A stretch of DNA of 64,000 nucleotides from Bugula neritina. Its lineage: Eukaryota; Animalia; Bryozoa. The stretch covers positions 25,853,504 through 25,917,503 of the forward strand of contig OZ037765.1 in the NCBI GenBank assembly GCA_964035545.1. The letters run 5' to 3'. The translations under genes and the position numbers were made by a program. Positions 13,464-25,341 of the stretch are shown here, in pieces. Each line of letters starts with the position of its first letter. The stretch's first letter is position 1. The notes under the pieces are model-generated. The model made no database searches. It saw only the letters and a list, made by a program, of their open reading frames with translations, and had not been told where the DNA came from.

Positions 13464-16400
13464 AAATGAGTGTTTATAAAACGTTACTAGAGTGCTCTAT
13501 AGAAATAAATCTAGAGCATAAACATTAGAAGAAATGAAATGAGATTTGATTAATATAATGGCATTTATTACTAGTAGTTTCGTACACAAAAATGATGTGC
13601 ACTCGTCAGATAAATTTGCCACTGTGATTGCTTACAACTATAAATAATGTAATATGTAAATATACACAGAATAAAGCTGGAAGATCAAATATAACAAAGA
13701 GGTAGCATTGGAAGTAATTGGCTATGTTACAGCATTCTTGAGTAGAAATTTACTACTATGTCTGCATATAGAAAAAAAGTCATTGCGCTTATTGAGAGAA
13801 GACAACTGTGGCTTATAAAGAATGAAATATTTTTCCCATAAGCACAGCTGACAGTTTTTAGTGATGTTATTGTATGGTTGAGCTTTTCTGAGAATTTTCC
13901 AGGATATGGTAAAATCCAGACCTTTGTCTTTTAAGGACCAGATGTGTTTGCTCAACTCAGTTTGCAAGCGCTTGGTTGGGTGCCTGAAGGAAGCAAGGTG
14001 GTTGTAGTACCTTGCCTTGAATGCAGTGGAGGAAATTCCTACATATGTTTCGACAGTATCGTTTGATGGGACGGATACTTTGGCCTGGTACACAATGTTT
14101 GGAATGGTGCATTCTCCTGGAAGCGGGCATGTCTCTACGTTTCTACAGTTACAGCCTGCCTGTGATATAGGGGTGGTGTTGCATTTAGTAACACTTTTGT
14201 TGTGGGCAGTGATGGTCTGCTCTAAATTCGGGCAGCAACTGTAGCTGAGTTTGAGTGTGTTTTTATTAAATATTTTGTGCAGTGGGTGTTTGGTGTGGAA
14301 TATATCTTTTATCAGCTTGAGGAATATGGAGCCGATTTTCGTCTTTACATTACGGCTATAAGGTGGGTTGTACCAGATGACTCGTCTTTGCCGTATGGGT
14401 TTGATGCTTGTGTTGGTGTTGTTAGTGTAGTCTTTGTATTTGAGTTGGTAATTATATCCACTTTAGCCAACGCATCTTGATATTGTGGGATGGCATTGTT
14501 GAAAATAGTTTCATCAGCAGACATGTCACAAAGTCTTCGGTTTATGGATTCTGGTATGTTTTTCAGTATGCTAGGGGGATGGTTAGACTCTTTGTGTACA
14601 TACAGAGGGATGTTATTGGGCTTAGAGTATGGTGTATGATGTTTCTTGGCCAGATCTAGGGTGACATCTAAACAGTCAGTTGTCTTAAAGGATTGCTCTA
14701 TCTTGTCTAATAAATGGCCATTTAGGTCAAACACACATAATATTGTGTTTTTCTAAGCATGCATTGACAAAAAGCATTTGACCAAAGGTAGAAAAAGTTA
14801 GTTGAAGTTGAGGGTGTAGATTGGTAACAGCCAAAACGCCGATTTTGAAATGAGCTGGGAACTGTGACGTAACAGCGCCAGCATTCCTGCTGGTCACATG
14901 ACTATACAAATGAATAACTATAGAAATATGACTGTGAGATGTGATCTTTCAGCTCGTAATTTGTATATTTATAGAAGTGCAAATGTGAATTATCTCAATC
15001 TATAGTTTTTTGACATGTTAAATAACATGTATGTGATAACATTAGGCCATATTTTGCTTGTAAGCATAGAAAAAAGCATTGCAAAAACATGCATTCTTTA
15101 GGATGAATGCCTGCGAGCGATCTAAACTAGGTCAGATTGTGCAATATTACGGGCGCACCAAAGCTGACCTATATAGCGCACTGTAACTGCTTGAGCGTTA
15201 TTGGTTGATGTTGCGCTCAGCAACCTTGAATACTAGCGTTATAGTTAGCACGTGCAGCATAGTTACTGGCGTTCACACGTCACGTATTAGGCTATTCTTT
15301 TTCATGGCTGAAAATTTTACCTCCCTCAAAATTGGAATTTTGAAAAGCTGTTTTCTAGGCATATATCCCTTTGCAAAGTCACAATTGTTTGCATACACAT
15401 TAGATTATAGTTCATAATTATAATGTGATTGTAATAAACTAAAATAGAGCAATCCTTTAATATTAACATATATACTGTAACTGTAGAAACGTAGAGACAT
15501 GCCTGCTTCCAGGAGAATGCACCATCCCAAACATTGTGTACCAGGCCAAAGTACCCGTCCCATCAAACGATACTGTCGAAACATATGTGACCAGTCGCGA
15601 CAAAACCGGGGATGTGGCGGCGTTTATAAAGTGTAGTAAATGAAGGTTTAATTTGGAAATACTTAAATTTGAAATTAATTTCCAATTTTTAGATTTTGAA
15701 CTTTTCTAATACAAAAAAATCCAAGGATTTCAAAAATCATACTTTCGTAGGCATTTGATGATTCCTTCAGCTCTAAAATTGCATTTAAAGTTGGTAACTA
15801 AGGCTTTCAATTTTTTAAATGATGAAAAAATTGCGAAGTTATCAATTAAAGAAAGAAGACAATTTTAGTTATTTTTATAGCGTGAGATCTTGCAAATTGT
15901 CTTTTTATCAAATAAATTTAGCTTACACCTCTTTCTTCGTATTGTCAGAAGCATCGTATTTAAGATCAAAGGCTAGTTTTAGTTTTTCATCGGGTTCCAT
16001 CCGAAGTTAGCTTTTAAGTTACTGAGCTGTTTTGCCCTTTTGGTGATAAATGCTGAACTTAATCTTTATCTTTAGCGTTCAAGCTTGAAAATCACAACAA
16101 TACTGGTAATTATACTCAAAACAATCATTTACGCTGCTAACTTAGAATTGTTGCCAAGATTATTTGTAGTTATCAATTTATTAATATTTATACCATCACT
16201 AGGACTAGGAGTATGTCTTAGAGTTAGTCTATTCTATTCTATTTCTATACTAGTAACTATTTAAATGACTCTCACTATGACTCAAGTTTGAGGTACGGTT
16301 ACTCATAATGATAATCATAATGAATATCATTCATGATTTACTGATACTGGTATTTGGTAGTAAAACCAAATGTAGCTCAATAATATTAATAGTATAAGTA

Positions 16401-19253
16401 ATTAATATATATAAATTCACTATTTGAGTCTGACTCTGAGTTTCGCCTTTGCTCTTAAAACTTGATACTCATACTGATAGCTATAGTATTATATTTATTG
16501 ATTTATTCTATAGTTGATTTTTCAATTTACATTGGACTTGCTCTTAGTAACTTTTAGCCTCTGTCTTAGATTTTGTCAATACGGTTACTGATTACTATTA
16601 CTATTAACATTAGGCATACTAGTCAAACTACCGGTTTCTTTTGTGATTTTTAAATTAGCTCAAAGTTTGATTTAAAATATAATGATAAAATCTTTATCAC
16701 ATTATGCAGGCTTACAGTTACTGTCAAAACTCAATTGATAATTATATTTATATTGATAAAAGCATCACCTATAACCAAATGGAAATGATAAATGTGACTA
16801 AATGTAAATGAGTATAATGATGGAATATTAATGCGAGTTCATGATGATTCTATAATTGACTGACTTAGTTTTTCAGTAAGTTACTTTTAGTATTATTTAG
16901 TAAGTAGTAACACTAACTGAATGCATAAATAGTCTAAACTTTTTAATTTTATTATAAGATGAGCAAAAATTTATTCATATTTTAAAGTAATTTATTGAAT
17001 TCAAATTGATTTTATAGTAAATGTCTTTAATAGATTCAATTGCACTTAGCTAGCTTTTTTACTCAATTAAATGCCTGAGTGGTTAATAGTTATCGAAAGA
17101 CATTGCTTCAAAATTGCCAATTGCAGATATGCTAGATATTCAAGTGTATAATGTGTAATTTTACTGATAATACTATGTTAATATAGAATAATCGGATATT
17201 CTGTACGTTTTAGAAAGTGGACTTGCGAGGGCATTAGAGTGAAGACTTATATCTACACAACTCTACTACCTATCAATCTAATACTTCTAATGTAGACACA
17301 CTGAATTTTGGCTTGCAAGGTTATGGCTTCTGCTTATTTCATTCATAAAAAGGTTTGCAGCCTTTTAATGATGTGCTTGAAAATTATCAAGAATTTTTTT
17401 AATTTAAATTGTTCTGTTTAATTCAATAAATTTAAACGTTGATGAAATGCAGGATCACAATTAACTGCTGCCATAATAGTACCACAAGAGTGTTTAGCCA
17501 ACTAAATTTTTATAATATAACTGGGTATAATTTCTAATCAAGCTACGGTTTCCTTTTTTTATCTAAAAAAAGTCAACATTGTACTTCCAGCTTTGGAATA
17601 GACAATAAGTGGGTAGATTGGCAGGATGGATGTCAAGTAGCAGCATCTATAATTGCTAGAAAATCAGCTGATGATAGTGATGAAGCTTTTGCCACATACA
17701 TGATGTTATGTGTCCATACTCCGTAAACTCATATTATGAAGACCAAGGAAGTAGAAAGATGAAAAGTGCCTTTTTTGCAAAAACCATAGAAGCGACCTTA
17801 TTTTCTTTTCTTGATAAGAGTTAATTCAAGCATAATAGTTGTATCGAGGCTGGATTTTTTACTGCATTTAATTGGTTTTTTAAAATAATGTATTTGATGT
17901 TTTAAATGTGAATATTAATGCCTAATAAAACTCAAAAGTTCTGTTAGCTGATTTTATGTTTATATTTTCAACATCTCAGCCAAATCAATTGCTAAATTTA
18001 GTTGCCGTTAGAGATTATAAAGATATTTATGAATAAATCTCGCATGATCTCATAATAGTAAAATAATTTTCTCATAAGTGTTCTACTCATTAAGCAAAAA
18101 TTATGAAACAGCACAGCTCAATAGCTGCAGTTTGATATATTACATAATATATTAGAGGAAAGGGAGATATTCAATGTATAAGAGGAAGCAGCTGCCATTT
18201 TGTTTTATAAGACTTCCTGCTGACTTGGATGCCTAATTTAAATATCTCAACACACAAACTTGCTAAAACATTCTCTTCTTTGCTGGAATTGTTAAACCTT
18301 TCAACCATTGAACAAAGTAAAAAGCGAATTGACAAATAAATTAGACAAAAAGTTTGGCGGCCATATTTGACCTAATTTTATGTTGAGACAGCATGAAATT
18401 TAGTTCAACAGAAAGCCCAAACTTTCACAATTATTTTGATACCAAATTTGTCACTATTCCTATTATACAAAGACCCGTTGCTAAGGCTTGTAAATTGTAA
18501 ACAAACAATTCTCAACTTATTCTAGAGTTGCCAACTTTAAATGCGATTTTCTCGAAACAGTAAGTTAGAAATTCTAAAAACGTTAAAGTTTTTAAATGCT
18601 GATATCTCGAGTTCTATTTATGCTAGAGACTTCAAATAAAGTGCAAAATGTTTGAAAAAGTCAGCTCTATCAATTCATAATAATAACTAAGTTTTCAACA
18701 TTTTATATACATCCCTTGTTTTGTGGTGCCAGGTCACATATGTAGGAATTTCCTCCACTGCATTCAAGGCAAGATACTACAACCACCTTGCTTCCTTCAG
18801 GCACCCAACCAAGCGCTTGCAAACTGAGTTGAGCAAACACATCTGGTCCTTAAAAGACAAAGGTCTGGATTTTACCATATCCTGGAAAATTCTCAGAAAA
18901 GCTCAACCATACAATAACATCACTAAAAACTGTCAGCTGTGCTTATGGGAAAAATATTTCATTCTTTATAAGCCACAGTTGTCTTCTCTCAATAAGCGCA
19001 ATGACTTTTTATCTATATGCAGACATAGTAGTAAATTTCTACTCAAGAATGCTGTAACATAGCCAATTACTTCCAATGCTACCTCTTTTTTATATTTGAT
19101 CTTCTAGCTTTATTCTGTGTATATTTACATATTACATTATTTATAGTTGTAAGCAATCACAGTGGCAAATTTATCTGACGAGTGCACATCGTTTTTGTGT
19201 ACGTAACTACTAGTAATAAATGCCATTATATTAATCAAATCTCATTTCATTTC

Positions 19254-19302
<49 letters not shown>

Positions 19303-19888
19303 CTAATATAACAAACCTGAGCTTAAAGATAAAAAGAAAATATGCTGCATAACTACAATTCACGCATTTGAGATTTTATAAATGACAACATTAAAAATTA
19401 TTATGCCTACAATTGTACACAAGCTGTGGTTTGAGATAGACAAAAAACTTGCGTTTATGTTCAGACAAAAAACTTGCGTTTATGTTCAGACAAAAGCCTT
19501 CATAATATTTTACATAAAATGTTATTAACTAATATTAGTCTTGTATAAAAAGTATAATGATAATAAGCAGTACAATATAATAAAAGAGCTCACCAATTCT
19601 GTACCAACTAATCTATAAAACCATTGAAGATTTGGTGTATCTATGGCATAGTGTTTCTTTTTATCTAGCAATGTGGCAGTTTCTCCATGACTTGCATCAG
19701 GCTCACAGCTTGTGATTTTCAGATTAGATATGTCAGTGCTGTCGACTTCTAAACTTTTTAGATGCTCATATAGAGGTGATGACTACAAATTTAATAAATA
19801 TCTTTGGACCTAAATAATAGCAATTTTGCAATATAAATATGAATAAAATTATGTAGCGGTATACCTCAAGGATAACTTCTTCATCCAT
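8728..19888 (-). CDS. VEZT: Vezatin (adherens-junction / myosin VII-associated transmembrane protein), 599 aa
   Basis: Nine exons (19888-19865, 19782-19594, 13339-13191, 12561-12298, 11738-11516, 11182-10773, 10116-9917, 9675-9499, 8891-8728) total 1800 nt in frame. The N-terminus MDEEVILESSPLYEHLKSL resembles vezatin 'DEEVVFENSPLYQYLQDL'. Also a hydrophobic segment in exon 4, the 'SELGLML' and 'SEWIFYTTLLI' motifs and an acidic C-terminus. Confidence 0.85.
13397..13460. repeat. (TA)n microsatellite, left target remnant of the Penelope-like insertion
   Basis: Pure TA run; a matching run lies at 19260-19301 at the other end of the element. Confidence 0.95.
13560..13620 (-). ncRNA. Hammerhead ribozyme, type I, minimal stem III (PLE pLTR), intact core
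   Basis: Minus strand reads GGCAAATTTAT-CTGACGA-GTGCACA-TCATTTT-TGTGTAC-GAAA-CTACTAGTA-ATAAATGCC: stem I, CUGANGA, stem II, GAAA, near-palindromic stem III, GUA cleavage triplet. Confidence 0.88.
14689..15456. mobile_element. Kolobok-type non-autonomous DNA transposon, copy 1 (768 bp)
   Basis: TTAA TSD on both sides (14685-14688, 15457-15460); TIR AGGATTGCTCTAT / ATAGAGCAATCCT. It interrupts the PLE RT (VNIK|TTDCLDVT). Near-identical copy at 25342-26110. Confidence 0.85.
15586..18738. mobile_element. Unclassified 3.15-kb TIR DNA transposon inserted in the plus-strand PLE endonuclease
   Basis: Imperfect TIRs TGTGACCAGTCGCGACAAAACCGGGGATGT / ACATCCCTTGTTTTGTGGTGCCAGGTCACA; subterminal inverted GCATTTAAAGTTGG. 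Removing it restores GAAACATATGTAGGA (ETYVG). The target is the palindrome ACATATGT, so TSD length (2-8 bp) is ambiguous. Confidence 0.85.
19164..19224 (+). ncRNA. Hammerhead ribozyme copy with mutated core (GAAA to GTAA), probably inactive
   Basis: GGCAAATTTAT-CTGACGA-GTGCACA-TCGTTTT-TGTGTAC-GTAA-CTACTAGTA-ATAAATGCC; T at 19204 replaces a conserved A. Confidence 0.8.
19438..19495. repeat. 25-bp tandem duplication (about 2.3 copies)
   Basis: AGACAAAAAACTTGCGTTTATGTTC twice, then AGACAAAA. Confidence 0.9.
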
Positions 19889-20949
19889 TGCACCAAATAG
19901 TAGTAGTGATACCTTAGCACCGCAGTTATAAACTTCAAGTGAAATTTCTACAAAGGAGTTTTTAACATTCTGTAATGCATTCCAAGATGTTTTTCTAAAA
20001 ATGTGACTTCAAAATTAGTTACTGGGACATGTTGATACAACAACTGAGGCATTGGTCATACACTACAAATAGGTCTAGCTTATGCATGTAACTGTAAGCC
20101 TCACTGTTTAACTTTCTAGAAGTAGCGAAGGTGGTGGTGGCGACAGCAGTAGCAGTACTAGTAGCTACTGTGAGAATGAGCTGAATTTACTTTTAGCTAC
20201 GTCAATAACAGTGCATTAAAAAAATTGCACAAATGTCAAATCTAGTACTACTAGTAGCCGTAGGCCTACTAGTAGTAGTAGAACCAACTAAAAAGTAAAA
20301 GACTTGCAATAATTTAAATATTAAAAGTCAAAAAAAGGCTCGAGTAACTTGGTCAGTAATATAAACATTATTCATTACTATAATTATAAAATAATCGATT
20401 ACGTAAGACTAAGTATAAGTCATTCAAAAATGAGTAATGAGTAAATGACTAATACTATTTTACTATTTTCATTTTAGTATTTTGCTATTTACAATTTGAA
20501 TTTAGTCAATTAGAGATACTTAGCGAGTTAGTCGCTACCTGTTATACTCATCAGTTATTCTTATAGTTATAGATATTAATATTCGCCTAACTTAAACTTA
20601 GTCTTACCAATACCTAGGCTATTGCATTGGTTAAACTTCAAGATAGTAAATCATTGTCATGATAAGGTGAACTTTTTAAACAATATCATCATGATTATGA
20701 TCTAAAAGTGAATGGCTAAAACTTAAATACTACCACTGGTAAAGTAAAACTAATTCTAAGACACTTTTACTGTCACACAGCAACAGTCTGAGTCCCAGAC
20801 ACTTTGACTTAATCTTACACTTTGACTTAGTCTTACGGTTACTCTTAGTCTTAGTCTTACTCTTGGAGCTAGTTTGAGTTTCAATTAGACAGTATTCATA
20901 AACACTCGCAAATAGACTTTTTAAATTTTCAATTAATTAGTAATACTAA

Positions 20950-21680
20950 CACCATCATTAGATGAATTGTCGCTACGAATATAGGTATTCTTTGTGTTTT
21001 CGAATTGAAGTTGAAAAATTCAGTAAGACCATCAAGTTTGTTTTGGCCTCCACTATTTGAGCAGAGCTGCGAATTGCTAGAAGCAGCACATAGTGGGGCT
21101 CATTGAGTGCAGTGTTTGTATCGACTTTTGTCATTCGAACTCGTAAAATATAATATTATAATAATGTTATTCCGATTGAGTGGTCCGAATTCAAATCGCC
21201 CAACTCAAAACTTCCCAACCTTTACACTCTCTAACCACATACTTTATGCTGCTTGAATCGATCTCTGCTTGTCCCACTAAATGGGAAAAAACTTAGTTAA
21301 TAGTATTACTATATTTTTATTATTTTTCTACAAATAATTTTAGTTTTGTATTTCAAACGATGTAAGTTTTTGTGGAAGATAACAAAATAAAAGTTGTTAT
21401 AAGAAGCCTCGGGCTAGGGGTGACTGAGTGCAGTGAACGCCTGTGAAGTTTGAGCTTTCAACCCCACTTGAAACTACTGCACCCAATTACTTCCCAACTC
21501 GGGGCTGTTTATAGAAAATGTTCAGCACAACACTACAAAGTTACGCGCAATTCTTTAAATGTGCCATAAGCGTGGTCAATAAATAATAATATTATTATAG
21601 TAATAGAGAACGCGAGGATTGAGAAGCCTCCGGCAAGAACCTGCTATGCTGCCCTGACAGGACTGAGCGGACACAAGTGA
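20950..21680. promoter_or_regulatory. Putative bidirectional promoter region: VEZT 5' exon (minus) and an unassigned plus-strand first exon
   Basis: Higher-GC, CpG-containing island flanked on both sides by low-complexity tracts; plus-strand donor-like CAA|GTGAGG near 21676. Inference only. Confidence 0.35.
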
Positions 21681-22035
21681 GGATTGAGGAATGCTAATGC
21701 AGTATACTGTTAGTATTAGTATTGCTATAACTATTACATTTTGATTTACTGTATTCGAACTAGTATAAGTATAACTATAACAATAATAATATTAATAATA
21801 ATGTTGAATATTGATAGTATTTGACTATTTCTACTTTTAGTATTAGTATTACTATTAGACTTGGTATTACTAATAGTAATACTAATAGTAATAGTAATAC
21901 TAATAGTAATACTATAAATGTAATTATAACTATAAGACATAAGTATAACTATAAGTTTAAGTCAAACTGTAACTGTAAGAATAACATTAACTATTTTATT
22001 TTTTGAAATACTCAATTAACATAATATTTATATGT

Positions 22036-24504
22036 CATGCCAATGGACCCACCACCCATATTGAAATCGAGGGAGTGAAGAAGCTACTGGCAGGCCTTAA
22101 AAATGAGAAAGCTTCAGGGCCAGATCAACTACGTAAGGCTGACCTTACAATTGATACACACCTGGCTGTGGAATGCCTGACTCAGATCTATAACAAGTTG
22201 AAGAGTCAATTATTGTTATAGTTGTCACTTAGGCCCACTCAATTATTTTAATGTTCTTTTAGATGTAATGTAAGATGTGCTCATGTAGAGTAGCGCAAAG
22301 CAAAGCTAATGTTAAGATGTCTGTTTGTAGCTGCGGTGTTGGATCGGGTAGTGGAACTGAGTAGTACAGTTCAAATCTCTATATTAATATCTACTATAAC
22401 TATTATGTCGAAGTATGATAAAGGAAAGTGTTCAGTGTGACTAAAAATATTATGGTCTACTACTGTTCAGCTGGTTATGCGAATGTAAATGTCAGATTTT
22501 TATGTTATCTAAAACTATTACTACTTTAGATCCGATGGGTATCAACACAGGAATTACTTTTTAATAACTTTGAGACAAATATACGACTTACTTTCTACTA
22601 ACAATTGAGATACTAGAATTGGTTACGTTTTGTACACAAATTGATGCAATCACAAACAAGAGAGAAATTAATAATTATATACAATAGAATATGAACAAAT
22701 TGAATAATATTCACTATATTAATATATTATTGTAACACAAAAATTAACTGCGCAGTTGATTCAGACAAAAAGACAGAATGATAAAACTAACAGTAATAAA
22801 AAAAATGTAGAATTTTCCTTTAGTAAGTATAGTATTATAACGGCTAAGGGCTAATTGCAAAGTATAATAATCTTAGAAATCCGAAAGATGGCGATAGCGC
22901 CAAAAACAACAATTATATCTGTCAGTCTCAAAACCACTCCAACAACTGACTTGTTCGAGCAGCGGTTCTCATTTTTTTGACTTTTTATCATAAGAAGGCA
23001 AGTTTTCTTTTAACGGAACATAGTAGTACAACTCCTACATTTACATATATCGATCTTGATTTTACATATCTTCCTATTTGGGAGTTACCTCCTCGATTTC
23101 TTTATTTTGACTCGATGTGAGGTACAGACAATATGTTGTTAACAGCTGTAGCTTCCTCTTCAAAGTCCTTACAGCATGGTGAACTCCCTAACAGTTGGAA
23201 AACTGCCAATGTCACCCCTATCTTCAAGAGTGGTGACAGGAGCTCTGCCAACAACTATAGGCCAATCTCCCTGACTAGCATTCCATGTAAGCTACTAGAG
23301 CACATCGTTCTTGGTATTTTACTAGGGAAAATAGATGGTTTCCTCCACAGCAGACAGCACGGATTTAGAAAAGGGTTATCATGTGAGACACAACTCTGTG
23401 CCACCATGCATGATATTCTCAGTGTGGCAGATAAGGGCTTGAGCACTCATGCTGTGGTGCTTGACTTCACAAAAGCCTTTGACAAGGTGCCGCATGCACT
23501 TCTAATGGAAAAACTCTCCAGGATCGGAACAATTGACACACATATACTTCACTGGATACATAACTTCCTTACTGATAGGTCCCAGCGGATGATACTTAAT
23601 GGTAAGGTGTCAAGCAGTCTCCCAGTCTTGTCAGGGGTACCTCAGGGATCAGTTCTCGGGCCTGTGCTTTTCCTGATATTTATCAATGACTTCCCAAACG
23701 AGGTAGATTGCCCAGTCGCCCTATTTGCAAACAACACCTTAATGTACCAGACCATCACAAGCCAGCAGGACACAGCCCGTTTTCAGCACAACCTGAACTC
23801 TCTAGACTTCTGGGCATGCAGGACGGGTATGAAATTACTCACAGCGAGGCGACAGCTCGGGATGATTAAAAGGGCACTGTATTGGGCACCAGAAAAGGCG
23901 AAGTTGATAGCATACAAAGCCCTGTGTCGTCCTTACCTAGAATATGCTGCTGCTGTGTGGGACCCTAGCTCCAAGAAGGCTGTAGTAGACATCGAGCAAG
24001 TGCAAGAGCAGGCTGTGAGATTGGTGGCAGGTATTAAAGGCAGGGGTGGCTCAGATGAGGCAAGATCTAGGCTTGGATTAACCCCCCTGCAAAACAGGCG
24101 CAAAGACCTACGACTTAGTCTCTTGATGCGGATCCTGGCCTAAAAGGAAAATCATCCTTCACTCTCAAAATCGTATGAACACCTCATAGACCAGCCCACT
24201 ACATCAGTTACCACCAGGTCCCAGTCAAATGGCATGCCCACCACTTCCAGGACTAACACCTCACTATTTTATAACAGCTTCCTACCCAAAACCATACGTA
24301 ATATAAAAATAACATCAAATGCTGCTCACAGACAGGCCTCATAAGGCCCTGTGCTGGCACCAAAGTCTTAAAACAGAACTGCACTTATGTGATAAAAGTA
24401 TTAACTACATTTAATAATTCTGTTCACCAAACGAGGCACGTCGCTTACACTAGTTTAGTGGTCTAACGTGATTGCATCTTCAAGTAAGTCAAGTAAGTCA
24501 AGTA
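22036..24504 (+). mobile_element. CR1-group LINE, 5'-truncated, degenerate ORF2 (RT), split by a solo LTR
   Basis: KASGPD...IYNK|SLQHGELPNSWKTANVTPIFK...NYRPISLTS...QHGFRKGLSC...LDFTKAFDKVPH...SGVPQGSVLGPVLFLIFIND...FANN (the catalytic ADD is lost); internal deletion after WACRTGMK; RPYLEYAAAVWDP; premature TAA at 24141; YNSFLPKTIR; tail (CAAGTAAGT)n. Confidence 0.92.
22199..23162. mobile_element. Solo LTR (Gypsy-like) inserted in the LINE, 964 bp
   Basis: TGAAGAG...CTCTTCA termini with 4-bp TSD AAGT (22195-22198, 23163-23166); excision restores the LINE frame YNKSLQ. Confidence 0.78.
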
Positions 24505-24828
24505 ATACTATAATTATGAAATTTAATCAAATTCAATGTTAATGTAGACCACCAAATGAAACTTTTGATATAAAACTAAAAGTACAAACCTAGTGTTGCT
24601 GTTATTAAAACTAAAACCAACAGTAAATGTAGTGCTGATACTAATAGTGTAAGTGTGAGTATCTGTATTGCATTCAATTTTACTAAATTTAATAGTTATA
24701 TTTATAATAATACTAATATTATTTATGGTAATGCCAATGGTAATGCAGATTGGCATACTCCTGCTTATACACTTACAGTTATACTAGAGCTATGGGATTA
24801 AGTTATAATTATTAGCTGTTAGCATTAC

Positions 24829-25242
24829 TGTAATGGCTGTGAGAAGTATACCCCCCAGTGCCCCCTGCCTACGTACTTGTATTATATTATGAGGCGTAAA
24901 AGTTCCAAGAGACTACAACTCCGTTAGTGATTCCGCAGTCCCATGCGGCACCAGCGGTGATACCGCTAGAACCTTACACTGGCCAATCAGGACCAACCTC
25001 TTGAATATAAACAGCCTCAGTTGGAGGATAACTGTCAGATAGACTAGGATAATATTGTATAACTGTTCTATATGTTATATTCTTTTGCTACTACTGATGA
25101 CTTTGATTGTATCTAATTAGACGTCCAATACAGTTCTTTATAAACGTCAGCTATTTCAATTCTTAGCATAACCTCATAGTTAGATATGCAGTAATAACTC
25201 GTGTATGCAATAGCACCCCACTTAATAGTGCACAAAACTACA
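24829..25242 (+). mobile_element. Probable solo LTR (414 bp)
   Basis: TGTA...TACA termini, flanking direct repeat GCATTAC, internal CCAAT (GGCCAATCAGG) and TATAAA boxes, higher GC than the flanks. Confidence 0.6.
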
Positions 25243-25341
25243 GCATTACTATTACTTATAGTTATTAGCAGTTAAATTTAGGTTCTAGTTATAAATTGAA
25301 ACTTATTTTCTTATGCCAAATTAAAATACTTGTAATGTTAA

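Larger units (their letters stand above)
13461..19260. mobile_element. Penelope-like retroelement (GIY-YIG, probably Hydra clade), 5'-truncated, with an inverted second pLTR; hosts two nested DNA elements
   Basis: Minus-strand copy 13461-~15472 encodes the RT C-terminus (LDVTLDL...PYSKPNNIPLYVHKESNHPPSILKNIP, VIWYNPPYS, frameshifted), the linker CNCRNVETCPLPGEC and a GIY-YIG endonuclease (YVGISSTAFKARYYNH...CQLCLWEK...LNKRND..SICRH). A near-identical inverted plus-strand copy lies at 15476-15585 plus 18739-19260. Both ends sit in (TA)n. Confidence 0.93.

Noticed and set aside
14345-14734. 129-aa ORF as an independent gene
   Set aside because: Chimera of the Kolobok end and frameshifted PLE RT.
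19438-19495. CRISPR-like repeat
   Set aside because: Adjacent tandem copies with no spacers, in a eukaryotic intron.
23133-24143. 336-aa ORF as a functional reverse transcriptase gene
   Set aside because: Its first residues come from the inserted LTR, the catalytic ADD reads ANN, and it has an internal deletion and a premature stop.
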